This document shows positions 47,481-57,573 of a stretch of DNA of 64,000 bases, in pieces. The DNA lies in the IMG/VR virus record IMGVR_UViG_3300046543_000437, positions 258 through 64,257 of that record, one strand, 5' to 3'. The notes beneath the pieces are model-generated. The model ran no database searches and was not told the DNA's origin. It saw only the letters and a list, made by a program, of their open reading frames with translations. Origin of the DNA: a virus (Duplodnaviria > Caudoviricetes). Numbering within the stretch: the stretch's first letter is position 1; each line of letters begins with the position of its first letter. The translations under genes were made by a program, and so were the position numbers.

Positions 47481-48394
47481 TCACCTCGGTAGCGACAACC
47501 CGCGCCTCGGTCCCGACCCGGCACTGCCCATCCGGGCTTGCGCTACCGCGTCCGGTGATTGACGGTTGCTACGGTTCTCGGCTTCGCTCTTCTCAGCCGA
47601 AATGCTCGCCCGCAGCATCCCAAGCTGCACCAGCGTCTTCGCTTCCCACGGCTCCAATTGACCGACATCAGCCAACGCCTGCCACGCTCGCAAAGCTTCC
47701 CAGGTGATAACCGGCGGGGCGAACCCGTTGGGCGCGAGGCCAAACGAGATCTCCTCAAACCAACCCCAGAGATAATCCAAGACGCTGGGAAACTGCGGAC
47801 CATCATCGATGACCGGCAGCTTGACCGGCTGATCACGGCGGCTGGCAGGGCGCAGCGCGGCAGGTATCTTGGCCCACTGCGCCGCGCCAGATTCCAGATG
47901 CTCGCGCTCAGTCGAACCGTCTACCGTTTTGCGGTTGGCTCTGAACTCGACTTCAGCCCATTCGATAAGGTCGAAGACGAGGCTGGCGTAAAATTTCCCC
48001 GATCAGCCGCGAATTCATCGACCTGCTCGCGGATCCAAGTGACCTTGTCATAGACCTTGCGAGCGTTCTCTGCCGTGAACGGCAGCCCCAGCGGCTCGCC
48101 ATCTGGCGTCAACAGGAACCAGCCGGTCGTCAGCGCCACCAGAAGGTCTGTCGCCTCCGCTTCCAGTTCCTCCGGCGACAAGCGGCCGCGGCCTCGCATG
48201 TTGAGGCGGCGGCGCTGGGTTTCACGGTTATGCTTGCGAGCGATGTCGGAGTCGGAGGAATAGATCTCGATGTAGGCTTCGTGTCCTTCCGCGTCACGAA
48301 GCGGCTGGCGGCTCTGATAGTGCAGCAACGGCATGCGTTGTGCCTTGTCGACAGCGAGAGACAACGCGCTGAGCGCGGCATCGATATCAGACAT
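47481..48394 (-). CDS. Tail assembly chaperone pair gpG/gpGT via -1 frameshift (short form 47921-48394)
   Basis: Slippery G GGA AAT TTT at 48000-47990; the -1 frame stays open (YASLVFDLIEW...) into LDYLWGWF ORF 47481-47780. Confidence 0.85.
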
Positions 48395-48550
48395 TGGCGG
48401 TCCTTCTGAGGGAAAGGCGCGTCATCGCGACGGGCCAGTGGCGGAAAAAGGAGACGCGCCACCCGCCAGCAGCGCGTCTCCCGGTAGCGCACTACCATCC
48501 GCTTGCGCGGACGGCTGTCCTGTGGCGGCAGGAATGAATGACGAGAACGG

Positions 48551-49816
48551 TTAGACCGCCTCGGTGTCGGTCATCATAAAAGTGGTCTGCGGTACGCCGG
48601 CGGCGGAACCGACATATTTCAAGGCGGTGAAGGGCATGGTGAGGGTCTGCGCGCCCATCCCGGTCACCGCGACATCGGCGTCCGAAAATTTGACCCGCGG
48701 GAGGTAGATGGCGGTTGCCGGAGCGCCGGGGTCTTGGGTAGTCGTCAGATACGCCAGGATGTCGATCTCGTCCTCGTCCAGGAAATTGCGGACGAGTTCG
48801 AGGTCTTCCAGCATCGCGGTCACCTGCCCGGTGACCGCCGCGGATCCAAGGAAGACTTCAGGCACGAAATCCTGACCGACGACCGCATCGGAACTCGGCG
48901 ACAGCTCCATCGAGATATCGAGGCCGGTAACCACGCCGACCACTGAACCGTTGAGCCGCAGCATCCCGTTGACGGCGGCAAAAATGCCGGTCGTCGTTTC
49001 GGGATCGGGCGTCGTGAAGAACGGTGCCGGGGTCGTTGTGGCGGCATCGAACACCTCCATATCACGGCCCATCATCGTGAATTCGATGGTCGACAGCCCA
49101 GAAGCCGGAAGGCCCAGCTTGAAGCCGCCGACGCGAACCTCGGTGAACAGGCGTGAGACGTTGATGTCTTCGTGGAAGGATTCGATGGCGAACTTCCGCG
49201 AAACGAACCCGGTCGACGGGATGATCAGGTTCGACCCGACCGTATCGAGCGTAAAGGTCGTCACGGGAGTAACCATCGTGAACGGCGCCGGGAAGACCTT
49301 GGCGACCTCGTTGGTAGGGCCGCTAAAGCCGACAACGATGAAGTTCGTTCCGTTGTTGGCCGTACCGCCGCCGGTCAGACCGCCAAGCCGGAAGATGCTG
49401 CCGACATGCAGTCCGAGCGCCACCGGATCACCTCCACCGAAAGTGATCGTCGATGCCCCCGCATCAGACGCGATGCTGGTCAACTGGGTTGCCGTGAGAG
49501 CCAACGGCGGCGTGGCGGTGCCGCGCGTTGCTGCCTCAAAGAAGTCGAAGTAGGTCGCGGGCGAGAACTCGCCCGTGATCCCCCCGGTGACCCGGCGGGT
49601 GCCGTGGCGGAAGTCCACGATCTGCCGGTCAGAGCGGATTTCGGTCGCCTGGTAAGTATCCTTGGCGAGCTTGAGGGTGGTCGCGACCCGGCGCAGCGTC
49701 TGTGCGCCGATCTGGCCGGGATCGGTCGATGACACCGGCTGACTGTTGGAATCAATCAAACCAGTGACATAGGGCTTGTAAGAGATTCTGGCTGATACGC
49801 CTTCTGCCAAGGACAT
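48551..49816 (-). CDS. Major tail tube protein
   Basis: EIRSDRQ..DFRHG...GGITGEFS, IYLPRVKF; upstream of the chaperones. Confidence 0.88.
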   Translation of the reverse strand: MSLAEGVSARISYKPYVTGLIDSNSQPVSSTDPGQIGAQTLRRVATTLKLAKDTYQATEIRSDRQIVDFRHGTRRVTGGITGEFSPATYFDFFEAATRGTATPPLALTATQLTSIASDAGASTITFGGGDPVALGLHVGSIFRLGGLTGGGTANNGTNFIVVGFSGPTNEVAKVFPAPFTMVTPVTTFTLDTVGSNLIIPSTGFVSRKFAIESFHEDINVSRLFTEVRVGGFKLGLPASGLSTIEFTMMGRDMEVFDAATTTPAPFFTTPDPETTTGIFAAVNGMLRLNGSVVGVVTGLDISMELSPSSDAVVGQDFVPEVFLGSAAVTGQVTAMLEDLELVRNFLDEDEIDILAYLTTTQDPGAPATAIYLPRVKFSDADVAVTGMGAQTLTMPFTALKYVGSAAGVPQTTFMMTDTEAV

Positions 49817-50033
49817 AGTGGGCACTCCATCAAAGGGAGGGGCGCGTCTCACGACGGGCCGGATCGCCTTGCCCAAGGGCGGTTTGGCTAGTCCCGCGCG
49901 GGCGTCACGCGAGAATTCGATGGCGGTATTGGCGGAATGAGTTCGCTGCCTGGAAACAGGCAGGATTATCCAAAAACGAATCGGGAACAGGCGTTACCCG
50001 GCATTACGCCGCATAAAGGTGCGGCCGCTGTCG

Positions 50034-50495
50034 TCAGCCAATCAGGTCGAAGAACAACTCGATTTCAGTGGTCGCCCAGAAGTAGTTCGTGACCTCTGAC
50101 GGCATGCCTATCGGCTTGAGCATCGCGCCATCGCCGCCGGGGTAGACGTTGGCGGTAGAACACGAAACATCATCATCACGGTAGGAGCGAAACAGCGAAG
50201 CCGCCGTTTCGGCGTAATCCGTTGCCGGGACCAATCCCCAGCCTCTCGGCACAAAGACGTAAATGTCGAGCCGCGCCGGATGACGATACCGATTGCGGTA
50301 GCGACCGCCGCCGAACGAAACCAAATCACCCGGCTCTGTGATGAACTCAGTGTAGAGAAACGGCGCCGGGATATCGGGCAACGCCGCATTGCCGAGACTG
50401 TCCTCGTCCTCGCCTTGCCACCGCAAGGGCGGCAGCGAATTCGCGGCTTCCAGGCGTCCTCGCAGGATTTTGTAGGCTTGGCTGGTCGTGGTCAT
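50034..50495 (-). CDS. Tail terminator-like protein
   Basis: Position and size; IYVFVPRGWG. Confidence 0.7.
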   Translation of the reverse strand: MTTTSQAYKILRGRLEAANSLPPLRWQGEDEDSLGNAALPDIPAPFLYTEFITEPGDLVSFGGGRYRNRYRHPARLDIYVFVPRGWGLVPATDYAETAASLFRSYRDDDVSCSTANVYPGGDGAMLKPIGMPSEVTNYFWATTEIELFFDLIG

Positions 50496-51220
50496 AGCAG
50501 ATCGATAAAGATTGCCGGTGAGCGGACGGGAGCGCCGACTTGCTGACGCCGAGTGCGGAGGACGCCGCCCTTGGCGATGTATTTCTTGGGCAACAGACCT
50601 TTGATCTCGTAGGCGTCCGGCATGGTGACGTAGCCCATCTTGATCTTTGCCGCGTTGGCATAGCGCGATGCCAGCTTGCTGGCGGTGCGCTCATAGATGC
50701 GGTTTTCGGGACTGACCAGAAAATCGCGACCGCTCTCGGTCTTGCCGACTTCCAGCCGTCTGGCATAGACCACCGGGTTGGCGATCCAGACTTCCTCGCC
50801 TTCTCTGATTTGCGTGTCATCCGGCACATGAACGCCGTTGATGTAGAGGCCGTGCGAATCCTTGTAACGGCCCGACTGAACCGGCGATGCATCGCGCAGC
50901 GCCTTGAGAAACACCTGAATGATCTCCTGCAAGTAGATGTACTTGAAGACCACCATCTCTTGGGCTTGCTCGACCGGCTTTCCCGGCACATCGCCGAACC
51001 CCGTCCATTTCGGCTCGACCCCGAAACGCTGCTTTTGCTCGGCGAGAACCTTAAGGTTCTGCGCCTTCGCCACCTCGACCAAACGAGCCTGGGACGTTTG
51101 TTTTAACCCGGCAGGGATCGTTACCGTGACCGCCCGCCGCAGCGCGCTCAGAGCCACTGCGCTATCCCCTGACCCTGATGTTGTAGGCAACCAGCGTGTC
51201 GCCCACCGTTCGGGTCGCAT
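50492..51220 (-). CDS. Neck protein, HK97 gp10-like (start uncertain)
   Basis: SPVQSGRY..S, NPVVYARRLEVG. Confidence 0.75.
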   Translation of the reverse strand: MRPERWATRWLPTTSGSGDSAVALSALRRAVTVTIPAGLKQTSQARLVEVAKAQNLKVLAEQKQRFGVEPKWTGFGDVPGKPVEQAQEMVVFKYIYLQEIIQVFLKALRDASPVQSGRYKDSHGLYINGVHVPDDTQIREGEEVWIANPVVYARRLEVGKTESGRDFLVSPENRIYERTASKLASRYANAAKIKMGYVTMPDAYEIKGLLPKKYIAKGGVLRTRRQQVGAPVRSPAIFIDLL

Positions 51221-51515
51221 TGTCAGGAAACGAGACCGCCATCTCCTTGCCCTTGAACAAGACCTTGTCCGCAGTGGTAAGCGGCACCGGAAACCCGGCG
51301 TTCTCCAGATCCTCGGCCAGGACGATGCAACGAAAAACGAACTCGGTCACATCGCTGACCATCTGTTGCGGGCGCAGAGGATCAGCGCGAACCCAGGCAC
51401 GGCACTCGACATCGATCGACGTGCGGTTGGGCCCGGCAGGTCCGTTGTACCGGCGCACCGTAACCTTGTTGGTGAGGAACCGCCGATAGGTCGATCGAGC
51501 CAGGTCGATATTCAT
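51162..51515 (-). CDS. Head closure/stopper protein
   Basis: 117 aa between the connector and the gp10-like gene. Confidence 0.7.
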   Translation of the reverse strand: MNIDLARSTYRRFLTNKVTVRRYNGPAGPNRTSIDVECRAWVRADPLRPQQMVSDVTEFVFRCIVLAEDLENAGFPVPLTTADKVLFKGKEMAVSFPDNATRTVGDTLVAYNIRVRG

Positions 51516-52144
51516 GCGAACATCATCCGATAAGGCAGAAGCAGGTTGCATGCCTGATCCGGTGGACCCGCATCCATCGTATTGGCTGATGACTGATCGT
51601 TGTAGACGACCGTCAATACGTCGAAGACGGCTTCCGACTTGATCGCCGGGTCGCGATTCCGCGCCATCCAATCGCCGACCAGCCAGATCGAAGCTGCCGA
51701 CTGAACATCGGGCGGAATGGGATCGAAACCGGCGCTGTAGTCCACCACCACGCTGGTTCCTGCCAAACCAGATGCAATGAGGTAAACCCGCCCGAAATCG
51801 ATATCGAGGTCATACGAGCTTGGGTCGAGAACCACCCCATCGACCGTAACCGTAAGCTTCGCTTCGCCCGAATCATCGGTAACGATGGGAAACTGCCGCG
51901 TCCGCAGCGGATCGCCGTAGCCGAAACATGGGTTACGAAGCTGATCCCGATAGGTCTGCACCGCAAAGAAGCGGTCGCAGTAGTTGCAGATCCCCGTCGA
52001 TATGCCGTCGATGGTGCCCTGGATTGCGGCGTCATGCGACGTGTCGGTCAGCGGGATATCAAGCAGGTTCTTGGCGTCATCAAGCGAGATCAGGCTTGAA
52101 TCATCCGCCTTGGTGATGGTCCGCGAGATCATGTAGAGAGGCAT
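51512..52144 (-). CDS. Head-tail connector (gp6-like)
   Basis: LISLDDAK..L, YCDR.F, YSAGF..IPPDV..A, LLLPYR. Confidence 0.85.
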   Translation of the reverse strand: MPLYMISRTITKADDSSLISLDDAKNLLDIPLTDTSHDAAIQGTIDGISTGICNYCDRFFAVQTYRDQLRNPCFGYGDPLRTRQFPIVTDDSGEAKLTVTVDGVVLDPSSYDLDIDFGRVYLIASGLAGTSVVVDYSAGFDPIPPDVQSAASIWLVGDWMARNRDPAIKSEAVFDVLTVVYNDQSSANTMDAGPPDQACNLLLPYRMMFA

Positions 52145-53758
52145 TTACCGCACCTGAGACAGTACGGGGTAAAAGTCACAGGTCGAACTCGACCCGTCCT
52201 CGGCGGTCAGTGTGAGAAGCCCTTCGTTATCGATCGTCGCGCTGACGATCCGCCCCGGCGGGCCGCGTTCCCCACGCGGACCCGCTTCACCCTTCTCCCC
52301 ACGCTGACCTTGCTTGGCGATCAGTTGCCAATTCTCGCCGGGGCAAACCCCAGGCTGGTCAGACCGCGCAATAAACGACGCGCCGCCGAGCGCCACGATG
52401 TCCAAAGCGCGATAATCTGTCCCGGCTTTCCAAGTACCGCGAACGGTCAACGAGCGGCCATCGACCCCCGGCGCCGCCAAACAGATCCAATCGTCATGCG
52501 GCGGCGGATGCCCGGTGTCCCGCTGGGCCTGCCAGGTGGCTCCCTCACGAACGACGACCTCCCCCTCGTAATGGACGCCGTCCTGCCACAGCTTGACCGG
52601 CGGCAGCTTGCCGATCAGCCCTTCTGCCCCACGTTCGCCGCGCTCACCGGCCTCACCACGCGGTCCCAGATCGCCGTCACGCCCCGGCATTCCCGGCTCA
52701 CCGCGCTCACCGATCTCGCCGCGCTCGCCCTGTGGCCCCGCTTCGCCGCGTTCGCCGGGTAGACCGGCTTCGCCGCGCTCGCCCGGTAGACCGGCTTCGC
52801 CGCGCTCGCCCACCGCCCCTGCTTCGCCACGCTCACCGGGCAATCCCGGCTCGCCACGCAGCCCCGGTTCGCCATCACGGCCCGCCGTGCCAGCCGGACC
52901 CATCGGCCCCGGCTCGCCGTCCTCGCCATCGGCACCGTTGACACCATCATCGCCGTCTTCACCGGGTTCGCCTTGCGGCCCCGGCGGTCCCGGCTGGCCC
53001 GCTGGTCCCGGCGGCCCCGGCTCGCCCTGCGCGCCGGCTGGTCCCGCTTCTCCAGGCTCGCCATCTGCGCCGTCTTTACCGTCCGCTCCGGCTGGTCCCG
53101 GCGGTCCCGGATCGCCCTTGGCTCCAGGCGGTCCCGGTTCGCCTTGCGGCCCCGGCTGACCATCCATACCGGCGACGCCGTCATCGCCGTCATCGCCCGG
53201 TGGACCCATCGGCCCGATGTCGCCCTTCGGCCCCATCGGCCCCGGCGGGCCGACTTCAGGCGCGGGCAACCGCGTCAAGGCAGTCTCGACGATCAGCCGC
53301 GCCATCACGGCCTCGTCTGGCGGCGGCCCCATCGGCCCCAGCAACCCCGGCTCACCGCGCGCCCCGCGCTCGCCTTGTGGCCCAGGAAGCCCCTGTTCGC
53401 CAGATGGGCCTGTGACAGCCTCACCGGGCAATCCACGCTCCCCAGCCTCACCACGCTCGCCCTGCGGGCCGATCTCGCCGCGGTCCCCCTTCTCGCCTTG
53501 CGGACCCGGTGGGCCGACAATGGTTTCCCCCGGCTGACCACGCTCGCCTTGCGGGCCTTGCTCGCCGTTCCGCAGCGTCATCAGCCGGGTCACGATTTGC
53601 AGTTCGAGCTCAGCCTTGAACGCGCGCAGAGACTCGATTTCCTGTCGAAGCTCTGCCAGACCGGCTGTCAGGGATAGCTTGACCTCTCGCTCAATCCGAG
53701 CGGCGACAGCCCCCATGACCTCGCCAAGAACATCAGGCAGCGAGTCGATGGCGGTCAT
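52145..53758 (-). CDS. Collagen-like head/neck fibre protein
   Basis: Long Gly-X-Y runs; C-terminal RGTW...Y...DIV..GG.SFIA modules. Confidence 0.88.
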   Translation of the reverse strand: MTAIDSLPDVLGEVMGAVAARIEREVKLSLTAGLAELRQEIESLRAFKAELELQIVTRLMTLRNGEQGPQGERGQPGETIVGPPGPQGEKGDRGEIGPQGERGEAGERGLPGEAVTGPSGEQGLPGPQGERGARGEPGLLGPMGPPPDEAVMARLIVETALTRLPAPEVGPPGPMGPKGDIGPMGPPGDDGDDGVAGMDGQPGPQGEPGPPGAKGDPGPPGPAGADGKDGADGEPGEAGPAGAQGEPGPPGPAGQPGPPGPQGEPGEDGDDGVNGADGEDGEPGPMGPAGTAGRDGEPGLRGEPGLPGERGEAGAVGERGEAGLPGERGEAGLPGERGEAGPQGERGEIGERGEPGMPGRDGDLGPRGEAGERGERGAEGLIGKLPPVKLWQDGVHYEGEVVVREGATWQAQRDTGHPPPHDDWICLAAPGVDGRSLTVRGTWKAGTDYRALDIVALGGASFIARSDQPGVCPGENWQLIAKQGQRGEKGEAGPRGERGPPGRIVSATIDNEGLLTLTAEDGSSSTCDFYPVLSQVR

Positions 53759-55139
53759 ATGAAGCGCGGAAGGCGGCACGGAAGGCAGCGTTTTGTTGCT
53801 GCTGTTGCTCTGGTGCATTTGTGTCGCCCCCGTCAGTCGGTGCCGGCGGCGGTGTCGGCGGGGTCGCGGATGGCGGTGATGGAGGTTCCATCTTTGCGCC
53901 GTAGCTCAACGGCACAACTTGCTGTTGCACCCGTGGCATGTCGCCGTAGCCGCCCTTGACCTTCGGCAGGTCTTCGCTCGCCCGCGCCTCGTCCGGCGAG
54001 TAGATGCCACTGATGACACCGCGCGCCAACGCCTCGATCCGCTCGCGATAAGCCGAGCGAAGAAGCGCCTTGGTGTCGAATTCGAGGTACTCGTCAGGAT
54101 AGCCCGCCAAACCGAACATCTGGCCGAAAGCTTCCTCGATGTGGTTCAGCGCAAAGCCGAGGCCGCTCGCGATCCACGACTGCATCAGCAATTCGGTCGA
54201 GTTGTAGGTCGTGCCGCCGAGGCCGAAAATCTGAAGCGGAATCCGCAGCGCCAGAGCGATGTTCTGGTCGCTCATCTTAAGGATTTCGGCAAGCTGGGAA
54301 TCGACCGCATTGATCACGGCGGGCTTCGCTTTGAGGCCGTGAGTGAGGATCGGGCTGTTCCCGGCATTCTCGCCTTGCGTCTGATCGTCCCACCTCGAAC
54401 GCGCATCCTCGACCTGTTGCCGGGTCAGCGGCTGGTCAGTCTCCAGCATGTAGGAGGGGCGAGCCATGTTGAGGTAGAAGGCGAGTTGCTGCGACAGCGC
54501 CGCGGTCGACATCGCCAGTTCGAGCGCCGCCGCAAGGATCGGGCTGACGCCTTTCAGCGGATGAACCGGAGTATGCAGCCGGACGTGCAGAACATCGCGC
54601 GCCGGAGCCGGGATCGTCAGATCGAACCGCCGTTGGGCGATCTCGTTGCCCCACAGGCTGTAGAAGACGCTGCCGTCCTCGCCGATCATGGCGATGCCGC
54701 TCCGCATCAGATGCAACTCGGTGATCTCGCTGCGGGCGTTGCGCTGAGCCACCGCGAACACCTCGCCCTTGTCGTAAAGGCGACGTGTCAGGTTCATCAT
54801 AAAATCGGAGATGCTCTCATAATCGTTGGGGGTCTTGATGATCCGTTGCAGGGCGCTGGTGGTGACGCGCTCGCGCCCGCCGTCACGGGTGCGGCGCCAG
54901 TGGTCGCCAGGACACATGGCAACGGTCTGGCTGTACGCCGAGACGCACGCCTCGACCATCGCGCTGCGCTGACCGTAGGGCTGCGGCTTGTATCCGGTCT
55001 GCCACCAGTTCCAATAGCGACCGGCGCTGGCAGTGATCAAGCCGCCGCCGGGATCGTCGACCCAATACGGGCCGGGACGGTACTGCCCCTCGACAGCCCG
55101 CTTGCCCCACGGCAGCAGGTTGGTCAGCCAGTTTGCCAT
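53733..55139 (-). CDS. HK97-family portal protein
   Basis: [35 protein letters not shown]. Confidence 0.95.
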   Translation of the reverse strand: MANWLTNLLPWGKRAVEGQYRPGPYWVDDPGGGLITASAGRYWNWWQTGYKPQPYGQRSAMVEACVSAYSQTVAMCPGDHWRRTRDGGRERVTTSALQRIIKTPNDYESISDFMMNLTRRLYDKGEVFAVAQRNARSEITELHLMRSGIAMIGEDGSVFYSLWGNEIAQRRFDLTIPAPARDVLHVRLHTPVHPLKGVSPILAAALELAMSTAALSQQLAFYLNMARPSYMLETDQPLTRQQVEDARSRWDDQTQGENAGNSPILTHGLKAKPAVINAVDSQLAEILKMSDQNIALALRIPLQIFGLGGTTYNSTELLMQSWIASGLGFALNHIEEAFGQMFGLAGYPDEYLEFDTKALLRSAYRERIEALARGVISGIYSPDEARASEDLPKVKGGYGDMPRVQQQVVPLSYGAKMEPPSPPSATPPTPPPAPTDGGDTNAPEQQQQQNAAFRAAFRASYDRHRLAA

Positions 55140-55436
55140 TTATCGGGTCTGGTAGCCGGGTTCTTTGGTGGCGGGGCGCAACTCGCGAGAGGCCCGATTC
55201 CACTTCCTGCGCGGATCGACCTCCTCAGACTTTTTCTCGGTCTCCGCCGGTTGCTCCTTTGGCTTTGCAGCTTCCTGTTCCGGCTCGTTGGACGCCGGGT
55301 CACCAGCGGGTTTTTCGCTCTCGCCTTCACCGCCTTCGTCTTCGGGATCAGGCTTCGGATCAGACATCATCATCGGCTTGAACCTCTCAAAGAAGAACTG
55401 GGGCGAACGGCTCGCCCAGGTCTCGGAAATGCTCAT
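55140..55436 (-). CDS. Hypothetical charged protein
   Basis: Ends ...GYQTR just before the portal, like small pre-portal peptides. Confidence 0.6.
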   Translation of the reverse strand: MSISETWASRSPQFFFERFKPMMMSDPKPDPEDEGGEGESEKPAGDPASNEPEQEAAKPKEQPAETEKKSEEVDPRRKWNRASRELRPATKEPGYQTR

Positions 55437-55594
55437 CCTCGCAGTCCAGGCAGGAAGATAAACAAGCCGAGAAGCAGCACCGCGGTGAACGCAAAGAATA
55501 TTTGAGAAGTAGCAAACGGGGCCAACGGCGGAAACGGCAAGATGGTGAGCAGCCAGAGAAACATTACTACTACAAATAATATTTCAATTATCAT
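55433..55594 (-). CDS. 53-aa two-TM membrane protein
   Basis: MIIEILFVVVMFLWLLTILPF...FFAFTAVLLLGLFIFLPGLRG with GGAGG RBS (translated by hand). Confidence 0.65.
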   Translation of the reverse strand: MIIEILFVVVMFLWLLTILPFPPLAPFATSQIFFAFTAVLLLGLFIFLPGLRG

Positions 55595-55620
55595 GGCTGC
55601 GTCCTCCGTCTCCGGTTAAA

Positions 55621-55764
55621 TTAGTTCCCGTATTGCACCGTGGTGACCCACACACCCGGCTGCGTCTGGGTCTGGGTGTAGCCGGTGACGCAACGGTTCC
55701 CGCCGACACCGCAGGCGCAGCCGCCGAGAGCCACCGCGATCAGCGCGAGGCAGATGAACCTCAT
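55621..55764 (-). CDS. Small lipoprotein
   Basis: MRFICLALIAVALGGC lipobox; RBS. Confidence 0.6.
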   Translation of the reverse strand: MRFICLALIAVALGGCACGVGGNRCVTGYTQTQTQPGVWVTTVQYGN

Positions 55765-55774
55765 GGCTGCCCTC

Positions 55775-56365
55775 CTACTTTTTGGTGGGCGCAGGATGAG
55801 GATGAGGTGGCTCGGGAGCATGATGCTCGCGGGTCGAAGCAGCCGGTCCAGCCCCAGCCGCCGGTTCGGCACGCCGCGAAGCCGGAATCGCCACCGCGTT
55901 CGACGGCGGCGCAGTAGTCGAGCCGATCGCATTGCTGGCGGTCACCACACAGGTAATCGAATGACCGGCGTCGGCCTCGCTGACCACATAGCTCGCACCG
56001 GATCCGATAACCTCGGTACCGTCGCGGAACCACTCGCCGGCATACTGGCTCGGCTGCATGTCCCAGTTGCCCATCGTGATCGTCAGGGTATCCCCGACAA
56101 CAGCCGATCCAGGCTGAAGATGCGGCACATCGACATTGACCGGAGCGGTGATATCCATCCCGCCGAGCGCGCTCTGCACCTTGGCCTCGTTCGCCTCGGC
56201 CTGAGACGGCGCCGGCGGATCGTGAACGACCGGCGGCGGAAGCTCGTCATCCTCGGCCTTGGCATCCTTGCCCAGGATGACCTGCGCCTTGATCTCGTTT
56301 GCCTCTTCCTGCGATGGCGTCGGCGGCTCTACCGGAAGAACCTCAGTCCTCTTTGCTTCTGGCAT
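55775..56365 (-). CDS. Ig-like putative head decoration protein
   Basis: PSQEEANE repeats plus ADAGHSITCVVTASNAIG Ig-like domain. Confidence 0.7.
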   Translation of the reverse strand: MPEAKRTEVLPVEPPTPSQEEANEIKAQVILGKDAKAEDDELPPPVVHDPPAPSQAEANEAKVQSALGGMDITAPVNVDVPHLQPGSAVVGDTLTITMGNWDMQPSQYAGEWFRDGTEVIGSGASYVVSEADAGHSITCVVTASNAIGSTTAPPSNAVAIPASRRAEPAAGAGPAASTREHHAPEPPHPHPAPTKK

Positions 56366-56391
56366 GGCTCAATCCTCACTTTGGTGTTTGG

Positions 56392-56958
56392 TTACCGAAC
56401 CCGGCGAGCCGAGACGTAGCCTTTGACCGTGCAATTCCCCAAGCCGATCTGCGCTACGAGGTACAGGTCAACCGGGTCGGTGGAGTTGGAGCGGCACTGC
56501 CCGGTGATCAGCACTTGTCGCTGACCAGCGGCGAGCGGGGAGTAGATCAACTGCATTACCCCGGTGCCCAGGATCAGTTCGTCGTCAGTGGGCAAACTGT
56601 CCGGCGTGACGCTGATCGCCGAACCCAATTGATTGGGCTGGATCGGTGTGGCCTGCACATCGGCACCGAGAGAAGCCACCGTGAAATCACACGCGCCCCA
56701 CACCTCCCAGCAACCCGGCGGCAAAGACATCGTACAAATCGCCACCGCTGTGTTCGCCACCAGGGAAACGCCGTCGATATTTTCAGTCGTGAGATATTGG
56801 CCGATCTCGCCTAGCCCCGCGTCGGACCCGTCAGTCACGCCCATGCGCGGAGCTTGCAACGCAGAAATTTCATCAGCGGCAATCGCGAAATTCGCGCGCA
56901 CGTCGGCAGTGTAGGCGAGTACCGCAGCGGGTTTGGTGATGTCGATCTGCGAACTCAT
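56392..56958 (-). CDS. Putative virion protein
   Basis: GVTDGSDA..GEIGQY, SLPPGCWEV, ARRVR fibre-like domain. Confidence 0.65.
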   Translation of the reverse strand: MSSQIDITKPAAVLAYTADVRANFAIAADEISALQAPRMGVTDGSDAGLGEIGQYLTTENIDGVSLVANTAVAICTMSLPPGCWEVWGACDFTVASLGADVQATPIQPNQLGSAISVTPDSLPTDDELILGTGVMQLIYSPLAAGQRQVLITGQCRSNSTDPVDLYLVAQIGLGNCTVKGYVSARRVR

Positions 56959-57467
56959 GCCTGTCTGTCCCAGACGGTGGTTTTGTGATCCCAGGTGGTC
57001 GCCCCGTTGTCCCAAGCCGTAATGAACTCAAGCACGCCAGCGGACATCAGCTTGTAAACATCGGCCTCGGGCTGCGTCGGGTCTTGCAGAGCATCCGATG
57101 GCGCGGTTGGCTCCACGTCCTGCGGTTCCGGCAAACCAAACCGCCGAGCGATATCAGCGTCAGCCTGAGTCGGTGTCGGCGGCTCCACCTCAAGTGATCG
57201 AGGAGCAGTCTCGACAACCTCCAGCGAGCCGCCTACCAAATCGTCGGCATCCGCCTGCGTCGGCCACGGCACCTCATGCTCGACCGGCAAAATCGGTCTG
57301 TGAAGCAGCATGCCGCGCGCCTTGAGGAAGTCGGCTTCGTCTTGCGTTGGCGTCATCGTGCTGAAAGGCAAAGGCGCGGCAGGCTTGGCGGCCTCAACAA
57401 GAGCGACACCGTGATGCTTGAGGAAGTCGGCCTCGTCCTGCGTCGGCTCTGGCCCACCTTGCATCAC
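56955..57467 (-). CDS. Protein with five PTQ.[ED]AD repeats
   Basis: PTQDEADFLK x2, PTQADAD x2, PTQPEAD. Confidence 0.7.
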   Translation of the reverse strand: MMQGGPEPTQDEADFLKHHGVALVEAAKPAAPLPFSTMTPTQDEADFLKARGMLLHRPILPVEHEVPWPTQADADDLVGGSLEVVETAPRSLEVEPPTPTQADADIARRFGLPEPQDVEPTAPSDALQDPTQPEADVYKLMSAGVLEFITAWDNGATTWDHKTTVWDRQA

Positions 57468-57526
57468 TCAATCTCCTGCGGCGGGTACTCAGAAGTACTT
57501 GGAGGTACATTTTCGTTTTAAGTCGC

Positions 57527-57560
57527 TGAAAAGACGGCAGGGGCCGAAGCCCCCACCATC
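57527..57560 (-). terminator. Intrinsic terminator after the capsid gene
   Basis: GATGGTGGGGGC TTCG GCCCCTGCCGTC TTTT. Confidence 0.8.
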
Positions 57561-57573
57561 CCCCAAGCAAGGC

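Noticed and set aside
52600-53560. Tandem nucleotide repeats as a non-coding array
   Set aside because: The 9-nt and 27-nt periodicity is explained by collagen Gly-X-Y codons of the minus-strand gene.
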